A DNA stretch of 60,664 nt, counting the filler, from Sphacelaria rigidula (lineage: Eukaryota): assembly GCA_964200075.2 (NCBI GenBank). It is 7 parts of 7 records of this genome, joined end to end, with 100 filler letters (N's around TTAATTAATTAA, not from the genome) between each part and the next. Parts side by side here need not be neighbours in the genome. Positions count along the whole stretch, not along the records: positions 43,405 to 51,984 come from CAXNAA020010712.1; positions 52,085 to 60,664 come from CAXNAA020010713.1; 5 more parts are not named here. One strand, 5' to 3'. Positions 51,781-60,664 of the stretch are shown one piece after another. How positions within the stretch are numbered: the stretch's first letter is position 1; the number at the start of each line of letters is the position of its first letter. The notes beneath the pieces were generated by a model. The model worked only from the letters and a program-made list of their open reading frames with translations. It made no database searches and was not told the origin of the DNA. The position numbers and the translations under genes are program-made.

Positions 51781-51984
51781 TAAGCACATCTCACCCACAC
51801 ACAAGAGTACCGTAAACACTCATGTTCATCAGAGGTACAACCATAAGTACCCACACCACACCAACAACAAAAGTTGTAAACTTTTGTCTACACATGTTGC
51901 GGATTTCTACAAAATACACGCGTTCCAAAATGGTAGAAACGTGACGTCATACATTCACAAGTAGTATCATTATATAGCGCCGGC

Positions 51985-52084
51985 NNNNNNNNNNNNNNNN
52001 NNNNNNNNNNNNNNNNNNNNNNNNNNNNTTAATTAATTAANNNNNNNNNNNNNNNNNNNNNNNNNNNNNNNNNNNNNNNNNNNN
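51985..52084. other. Artificial contig spacer
   Basis: 44N-TTAATTAATTAA-44N. Confidence 0.98.
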
Positions 52085-53125
52085 GTGCGAGGGGCGTTTA
52101 GTGATGGGTGGGTATGGCAGGAGGGGGGGGGGGGGGGGGGGGGGGGGGATTCACATTCTGCGCGGGAAAGGGGTACCCGTCGAAAACTTGGGAGGGGAGC
52201 CTTGACAACGCTTCTGCGATCACAACCACCAAAAGTGACACAAAGCCTGACACCATTCCAATGAAACCCTGCAGATTGGATGACTCTCCGACACAATTTT
52301 AGTTCGTTTTCTGACGAATGTTCTCGACTCTTCGATATCCCCGAATTTTAGCTAGCTTCAAGGCCGACTCCGAGTAACGGAAATGTGGCTGCCCCGTGGT
52401 GCAGTACACTACAAGATAGGGTAAGATGTCTTCCGTTCAAGCGTCAATGGGAGAAGACGCCATGACTGCAGCACGAGGCAAGGGGTGCGTGAAATAGCCA
52501 GCAGCAGGAACTAAGGCGAGACTGCCGTTGCTCGATACGCTCCTAGCCCACATTTCTAGGGCGCAACCCCTGCACACAAGGAATGATTTCGACAAATGTG
52601 ATCTACAAGAATGTGCATGGTGTACGATTTCGTGAGAGTGAGCGAGGTTTTGACGTACGTCTGAGGAACTGCGTGAGGAATGTTTTGAACACCAATTAAG
52701 TGAAAAACAGATTTTTTAGAACGAGGGGACGACAATATGGGGGTATACCCGGAAGTGGGGGATTTTTGGTTGGCATACTATTTATAAGCCATACCGACAA
52801 GTGTACCGAACACTCCAGTGTGGTTCGGAAGGGTATTTGCCAATCAGATACCTCTTGAATATTTCTGCAATTGTCAGCCAGTGTACCCTACTAAACACAA
52901 CCTTGAATTAATTTTCGACCTGCAGCTATTTGCCGCCGCGCCCGGGCGGTTGGGCCCTGTTGGGCCCCGGTTTCGCTAACCTCCAAAGGCGCGTTCCGCC
53001 GTGGGTTTTGGTGCATGGAATGACGCACGCAATCGAAGTCAACAACGCACGTCGAGATGTCTCAAAAGAGTGCAGTCATTTCATGCATACCTCATCGATC
53101 ACAGCCATGACAACAGCAGGACAGG

Positions 53126-53545
53126 ACAATGGAGTCACAGGCACATCTATATCTAATCTTGTCACCGACAGACATGCCTCCCAGCTCAAAGACAGCGGTA
53201 GCAACATGTCCTGGGGGGCGATGACCAACAGCGAGCCTACTGTACTGTACTGTACACAGTATAGTATAGTGCAGTAGATATGCGGAAATATGTGCCAGCT
53301 GAAGAATGCATATGCACACCAGTTTGTGCCGGCAGCGCAGCGCAGCACAATAGAGTCATACGCCCATCTGTATCTAATCCTGTCACCGACAGACGTGCCT
53401 CCCAGCTCAAAGGCAGGATAGCAACATGTCCTGGGGGGTGATGGTCAACAACGAGCCTACTGTACTGTACACAGTCAAGTACAGTGCACAAGATATGCGG
53501 AAAGATGTGCCAGCTGAAGAACCCATGTGCACACCAGTTTGTGCG
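53126..53545. repeat. Tandem duplication, about 220-bp unit x2
   Basis: TGTCACCGACAGAC(A/G)TGCCTCCCAGCTCAAAG and TGTGCCAGCTGAAGAA each occur twice, about 220 bp apart. Confidence 0.9.
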
Positions 53546-55696
53546 CGGTAGTTACTGGCAGCTTGTGCCCCCCATCACGCTGCTGCCAACCGTGGCTGGA
53601 GGGAGTACGCAGGAGCGACAGCCTCTGTCATTGTTGCTTATAGCAGTCATTGCATACCCTCGGTTTACGTTTACTTGATTTCCCAGCTGCTTTTTGGTGT
53701 TGGAAAATTAAACGAGTTGTGTCTACGGAGGGATGAGCCGCTTGCCCGCGAGTTTGACAGTGCATGTGTTCTAAAGCTGAATGATGAAGCAGCTCACCAT
53801 TTTTCCAAGCGTTTTCTTGGCGAAAATCAGCTAGTTTTGACCATAGGAGGGATTCAGATTTTCTACACCGCTACTACATCTGTTACTCGTCTACCCCCAT
53901 CTCTAGAGATGTTCGACCACTGTATAGTGCCGTGATTCCCCCGCGGCACACTTTTACGCTTTCTCGTGAATGAGGCCGTGTCTACTGTAGTAAAAACTGA
54001 GCACCACGTCCGTCTGTCCGTTCTGTTGCTCAGGACCATAGCACAGAGCAGCCCCTGAGAACGGAAATATTAGACTTCCAAATCCGATTTCCAGAGGAAG
54101 TTTTCAACTCGTCATACGACCAGCAAATAAACCACCTGCGCAGTACAACAAAAACGAAGAAACTGTTGTGCTGCGGAGGGAAGCACAGGGGTGAAAGAGT
54201 AGAGGAGTGGTGCTCTTTCGGCACTTTCTATCTGGTTGGCTGGCTAGTGGTTGCTGACTGGTTATGCTGTTGCTGCCTCTGCCGTAGTAACACCCGCAGC
54301 TGCTCTTCTTGCTCGACTGGGCTGCCGCACAACAGGGAGCGCAAACGTTACCCATCCTGGGCCAACACCGGCCGGCGCAGGCGGGCTAGGGCGAAGGTCG
54401 TACCCCGTGCCGCTGTTGGCACAGGGCGGTACAACTGTACGTGCAACACAACACACCCAGAGGGCAAGGATGCAGGTAACGACAAGGATACTGGCGAAGG
54501 CACGTGGTGGTCGACTATTCAGGTAGATCTATACGGGGATGCCTTGCATTGTCTCACGGGAATGGGCTTTATCGTAACAATCTGTCATGGGCTTGCCTTA
54601 CATGGATCGGCCCATCCCACCGTGGGCAGCGTCCGATCGCGAAAACTTTTGGAGGGCTAGGATGAAAACGACTTTCGATGCTGTACAACACACTCGCATC
54701 ACCCACTTGTGAGCTGCAGTAGACGTCAACAAGGGGCATCTTCGATGAGGAAAAAGCGGGAGAAGTAGTTGGCAGCCGGGTACCAGGAGGCACCCGCTCA
54801 GCTGCCTCTTTAGCTCGTAGGGTTCGACCGCGCTTCTGTGTGGCGTGTAGAGCTTCTGCATGGAGAGTGCAGCCCGTGACACTGAGCTAGGCGCGAGACT
54901 GTACGTCTTGGGGGGCAACGTTGAACGTTAGCCGTTGATTCCCACACCGTCATGTAAGAACTAAAAAATAAGTTTTGGTTCAGATGGGGGCGTATAAGCG
55001 ATCCCAAACCCTGCTCACGAAGCAGACACGTGACTTTTAAACTAGTGAACGATCACAGGTCAGACGTCTGCTTCATGAATACAACAGTCTGCTGAACGAA
55101 CAAACCTAGCCTTCACAACCCCGTCAACCCCGAAATAGGCCTTGTCAACACGTCTGACCAGTACAGTAATGCTAAGCCCCCCTCCGCGATTCATTTTGCA
55201 ACGGCCGGACGAAATATGATTGAACTGAAAATTGCTTGCTTTTATTAGGCTGATTGGTTCGTACTGTATGAATCGATCCTCGGGCTTCGTTTTCAGCGTT
55301 GCACCCCTGGTACGCATATCCCAGGCACATGGAATAGCGCAATTTTCGCCTAGAGACTTCTTCTGACTCACGGTCAAATGTTTTCCCCTCTATCGAGCTA
55401 TCGGGCCTCAGAATTCGTAGATTTGGTGATGCGAACCAGCAATGATTTGTCCGACCCTGGCATTTTTCATCACGAAAACCTTGTGGTTGCGGGCAGAGAC
55501 CATTGCTTGGGTTCAAACTACAGTACTTGCGAAACATGCGCTGTTGTACTGTACATTCAGACACCGGACGAAAGACACATGGCGTGTAACACATGACGTT
55601 TGCCGTCTTGTCACAACCCTGCCTTCCCTGGGGATGGAAAACAAATAAGCCCGCGCCGACAAAAAGCGCACGAGTGACAGGTGTATTACTACTGTA

Positions 55697-55707
55697 CTGT
55701 TGTTGTT

Positions 55708-55760
<53 letters not shown>

Positions 55761-56122
55761 CGTTGTCGTTGTCGTCGTCGTCGTCGTCGTCTTGACATAA
55801 AAAAACCGCTCCGATGTCTACGCGGTACATTCGTACTGGGCATCTGATGCGGACGCCTTCCGTGGTCACAGTCCAGCTACCTCTAATAAGGTATGAGGAA
55901 ATCAAACAAAACAAAAAAACACACTAGACCTAGATAAAAACTCACAAAACGCGATACAAGCGAAACAGGGATAAATAAAAAGAAGAAGGATAATACATAT
56001 GGCTAACTTCAGAAGATCCGGTGCCGCAGGTGGCCATGCGGACTTCAGGGGGTGGCACCCGGCTTTCCAACTCAACGCGCGAGGCCACCAAGTAGAAATT
56101 AGGGTCCGACTACGGGCGAGAC
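55697..56122 (-). mobile_element. SINE-like family D copy with expanded (CGA)n(CAA)n tail
   Basis: Similar to 31795-32111; microsatellite at 55697-55791. Confidence 0.8.
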
Positions 56123-56632
56123 ACTGTACTACGCTATATAATAATTAGGCCACCCCTTGAGGTCACTCCCAAATCAAAAGAGGTGTAGATTTGGGTGCAG
56201 GACATTGATAGTGGTATGGCACTTGATTTACTGTATATCAGTTCAGCACCGCACCCAACGCAAGGGGTGAACTAGTGTAAGATCTTTGTCCACACTATAC
56301 GAGACAGTCTGACTGGGGTAGTGGGCATGAATTGCGCTCGCCCTACCCCTGCCTTGAAGTGTTGTATTGTCTTCCGTTACTCTCGCGAGCTATACACAGC
56401 GCCTGTTGATTGGGCCAGGACCGTTACAGCAGCAGAATATAGCACAGCACCCGAGGTTAAACCACTGTCAGTGCCATGCAAACATCACCCCTCTCTCCTT
56501 CCCTCTCTCTCTCTCACACACACGCACACGCACACGCACACATACGTACACATACATGCTTCATGAAACCACCTGCGGCAAATCCCCTACTCCCCCCCGC
56601 GCCCCACTGTACCCCTTCCGCAATACACACAC

Positions 56633-57011
56633 CTGTGGAAGAAGTCTCGATGTTCATGTTGACGTTGTCCCCCATCTTCAAAATGCTGCCTCGGCCATAG
56701 CAGCGCTCAATCTGGTGAAGCACGCCATCGAGAGCGACCCGTCGAGGATCGGAACTTGACTCATCTCCTGCTCCTGCCCCGGCTTTCCCCTTCACATTCA
56801 AAGGTGCTGAGGCTTGTCGTATGGCCGTCCTGGTGTCCGGGAGGGGCGTAGAGGTTGTCGGGCTGGCACTGATGGTAACCGTAGGTGTCCTCGTTGCTGC
56901 TGAAGGGAGAAATGCCGCGACGGAGTTGGCAGCAGAGATGAATATAAATAGTACCTTTGAAACTGCTGCTATTGTGCCAAGTAATGCTACGCTCGAGGAG
57001 GACTTACTCAT
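56633..57011 (-). CDS. recA: Nucleus-encoded, plastid-targeted RecA, exon 1
   Basis: RRVALDGVLHQIERCYGRGSILKMGDNVNMNIETSSTG is a bacterial-type RecA N-terminus. It is preceded by a hydrophobic signal peptide, a VAA|FLP cleavage motif and an S/T-rich transit peptide. Donor CAG|GTGTGT. Confidence 0.92.
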
Positions 57012-57271
57012 GATGATTGCTGACCCTGTGCGAAAGCAGGCTGTAAGGTTTGCTGCTGTTGGTCTGAGGGACGACCGTCAGTCCGAGCAATCACGAAGAA
57101 GCGAAAGTGGTGCAATTCTCAAAAACTTCACAGTTCCCGGAGCTGATTTTCAAATCAAACCTTTCATCGAGTCTCAAGGGAAACCCCTCTTCTCACTTGT
57201 GTTCAAACGACAGGGGAGGGAGAGGAGGCAGGACTTGCTGGGTGTAAACGAAGCTATATTTCTCCATTAGT
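57012..57271. promoter_or_regulatory. Putative bidirectional promoter / shared 5' region
   Basis: Only 260 bp separate the divergent ATGs. No core promoter motif identified. Confidence 0.45.
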
Positions 57272-58860
57272 ATGCTTACGTCTGCTAGGACAGCAGAGGC
57301 TGTCTATCATCATGACCAAGGCAACAACTATGGCAGCAGCATGGAAAACAGACCCAAAGTTGTCGTGCCCGTTCCTCAAGGAGAAGGCGAAAGAGAGGTA
57401 CCCGTGGCGACCCTCACAGCCCCGGTGTTGAAAAATCAGAGGGCCGTCCGCCCACAGTCCGCCCGCTTCGTGCCCCCTATGCGCGATGTGTCCTCCTGCT
57501 TCGACGATAATTTTCTAGACGTGGACTTCGTCGTGGAAATTGCTGACGAAGAGGAGAAAGCGGACCCGCTCTTGCAGCGGGCCCACCAGCTGGAGGCCTG
57601 GGCAAGGTATGGCTTTACAGAGCTGCGGTTAGTCAAGCGGCCACAGCGGCGCAGTACCGGGTCGGTGGGACAGGAGGGGCGCAGCAGCGGCACGCACAGG
57701 ACGCAAGACAGGCGGACGATCGGTGGAGACGGTAGGGAGAGGGTAGATGGCACTGGACAGGGGCTGAGAGATTTGCCTGACCCCTACGAAGTGGCAGGCG
57801 CGAATGCAGGCGATGGTGGCAGTCGCACACGTCGAAATATTTTGGCACGCAATAATAATCAGCAAGATCAGGAACAAGAGCAGGAGCACCAGCAGCCGCC
57901 AGAGTCCCCTGCCGTGTTGGGTACTGCCACGCCCTCGACTGTGGTGCTTACACCGACCTCCCAGGAGAAGCATCCACAAGAAGGTTCTGATGCAAATGCC
58001 GCTGGTACCGGTGTTTCCGGTATCAACACCGTTGTGCCACAAGCAAGCGTTCCTGTAGGCGGAGACAGCGTGGCAACGTCTTTCTTAGCTGCATCACTGG
58101 CAGCGAGGGTCCAGAGGGGGGGCACTGACACGGCCGCCGTCGCCGCAAGCGCGGGGGAAGACGAGAGTAAGCAATCGGAACGACGAGGCACCGAGTCGAT
58201 CCTGGGGAATCTCGATCGAGACTCAACGGCGCGCAGAGATGAGAACGATAACTTGGACTTCGCGGGATGGCACCACCAACACCCCAGCCGCCGCGGAGGC
58301 ATCAATCGGAGAAGGGTAGAACCGGATTCGAGCGGATCGCCGTCGACGTCGTCGAGGGCAAGCAGCACCGGGAGCGGCGGGCGCGTGCGGCCGGCCAACA
58401 CCAGCGGTCGGCACAGTAGCCATCGGGTTTCGCTCCGAATCACCGCGGAAGTAGATAAACGTAAACGCAACCGCACCGAGCGGCTGTGGTCATACGGCTG
58501 CTCCCGTACGTTGTACCCTCGGATACAACCGGAGCCTTTCTCTGGAGCGAGCGACATCCTGGAGGAGGTCGAGACGAAGCAATGGATCGACACATTGAGA
58601 GTAAGTTTGGGCTTGCGCGGGGAGACTTCAATGGCCGCGTGCACCGCGACCTTCGTGCAGCAACAGACAGCCACTCTTCTGGAGGAGCAACGAAAAGAAG
58701 CGAGAGCAGCGAGAACGGCCGACGTATGCAAGATGGAGGGGCCTGATGGGCTGCTGCATTGTGCTGTGCTCAAGGGGGATCATCCGCTTGCCGCCCGGGC
58801 GGCCCAATTTTTGGTCGATAAAGGAGGAGCGAACGTCAACAGTCGTGATGAGTGGGGAAG
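57272..58860 (+). CDS. Ankyrin-repeat protein with long disordered N-terminus, exon 1 (start 57272 or 57341)
   Basis: 530-codon ORF ending LLHCAVLKGDH...AQFLVDKGGANVNSRDEWGR (ankyrin consensus) at the AG|GTGAGT donor. Confidence 0.85.
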
Positions 58861-60664
58861 GTGAGTAAGAGAAGGGTGGGGCATCTTGTAAAGGGGTCAG
58901 GAGGGCAGGGCCTGTGGTTAAAATGTTTTGTTTTGCTGTTGGTGGCTTGGTAAACGGGTGAGGGTTCACTACTGAAAGTCTAAACGCGGAGAGGGTGGTG
59001 GAGGTGGGGACGAGATGCGGGAGGCGATGCTGGAGGCTATCGAATTGTATTCGACATGGCACTAGCACGCATATTCAAGTAAAGACTACGCGTTTGCAGT
59101 CGCAGTCCTTTTTCATGAGCGCATTTTCCGAAGGTGCGCCCATATGTCACGACAGAGAAGTTTTTTTTTGCCGTCACACGTCCGTCATGTTGTTGGATGC
59201 AGCAACCATGCTTCGCTCTCCACAACGTAAGAGTACAGCACAAGTGGAGTACGAATATAAGAACAACCGTAGCGTGGTGGTACAACTCGCCGAGTTCTCC
59301 CCTTCGTTGACGGTGCAGTACACAAACTGTCGGGGTAATGGGTGAAAATAATGATGGGACGCACATGATCGAGGCCAGTGCGGCAAAATGGAACGTCACT
59401 CGAAGGGGGTACATGAACGGTGGGCTCGGTCACTCGTAGTCCACATGCGTACACACCCACCACCAGGCCCCCATTTCTATCATGTAGCGCATCTCCTCTA
59501 GGTAACCAAACGAAGAGCCATCGTGTCAAAACTCCTGCTCGATCATGTTTTGAATCCGATTCTTCATGCCCGGTTGTTCCGCCTGCTCTGCTCAACAGTA
59601 CACCCGGTACCCGTATGCGCCTGCTCCCTTATGTTTCATGTTCGTCATCATTGCTTCTTGTTTCTCGTAAATTTTTTTTTGCGGAAATTTATTCTGACAG
59701 GCGACATTTTCTTTGTCCCGATAACATTTTATGGTGTCATGGTGACCGCGTTTCTGCCTCAGCCTGAGACCCCGTCGCTCTCTCAATACGACAGTTACCC
59801 AGTATCGTTTGTTCGTGGGTTTTGTCTGCTCATCAACCCCCCAAGTGTTGTGGAGTTGAAGTAGTCGTATGCACTGCAACCAAGTATAATCGTGATCATT
59901 CAGATCCTGCGTACAGCATAGCTCAGTGCCGTATCATACACAATTAGCACCGTTTCCAATAGGTGGTCTGTTGAATCAGCATCAATTTCACTCGACAAAT
60001 GACTACATGGTCAGATGACCTCTCCTCGCGATCTGAAGGGTTTGCAGTACTGTATTTGTATTCTTGCTGTAAGCATGCCACAGATGGACCTCGAGTCGAC
60101 CCACGGACCGTTTTATTGTACGATACACAGGTTGTCGGAACAATTTCATCGCATTCACTGCAAGTACAGATGACTAACCGTCTGGTGTGCAGTCTGAATT
60201 TGAACGGGCAGAGTACAGTCAGTCCCGTCAAAGCCAGGGGCCCTTATCGACTACCCACTACCGGCTGGGGTGCACAGCCCCCCTTTGCAATACATGCTCA
60301 TCATGAGAGAGGCCAACGGGTGTGTGTGTGTCGGGGAAACTTGCTGAAACCAAACTAGCTGTTGACTACGTCGAAATCAAGAAGCTATGACGTTATGACC
60401 GCTCGCTTTAAAGTAAAAAATTGTTCTTCGTCGTTGACAACTGACGACACTCGCGAGTAGGTAAATATTTACCACACTGAATCCAAGTCATGTTCGATAA
60501 TGTACTAAACTCCAGTATATATTATGGACATGTCAAGGGAGGGAGGGATTACTGTGCATTTAAACGTGAAGTTGGTAGGATCCCTTGCCCACACTAGTGC
60601 AGACGGGCTATTACGATATGGTTTGACCACCGACAAGGGGTGATATATTTCTTCTCAGTTCCAG

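Noticed and set aside
56633-57011. Bacterial contamination explaining recA
   Set aside because: Has a eukaryotic targeting leader and a splice donor, and the contig carries the same SINE family as other contigs.
1-60664. Functional cluster linking HMGS, carrier, NTPase, ycf4 and recA
   Set aside because: They lie on separate contigs joined artificially.

Overview
Eukaryotic, intron-rich and repeat-rich nuclear DNA, most likely from a brown alga or related photosynthetic stramenopile (inferred from a RecA with a bipartite plastid-targeting leader, a nuclear ycf4 fragment, a flagellar CFAP44-like gene and long TE-filled introns). The window is not one locus. It is seven unrelated contigs of 8582, 8581, 8581 and 4 x 8580 bp, sorted by size and joined by an artificial 100-bp spacer (44 N + TTAATTAATTAA + 44 N). 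Gene fragments I can support: an HMG-CoA synthase N-terminal exon; two exons of a mitochondrial carrier; a four-exon gene with a UBC/UEV-like segment followed by a PH-like segment; two CFAP44-like exons; a giant low-complexity exon spliced to a NACHT-like P-loop exon; a ycf4 NUPT; and a plastid-targeted recA head-to-head with an ankyrin-repeat gene. Most remaining sequence is SINEs, LINE 3' ends, MITE/foldback elements and microsatellites. The most unusual signal is a non-LTR retrotransposon family whose copies end in G(A/G)GTAC(A) plus a poly(C) tail and sit in C-rich targets, with visible target-site duplications. All family assignments are from motif recognition only; no database search was run.
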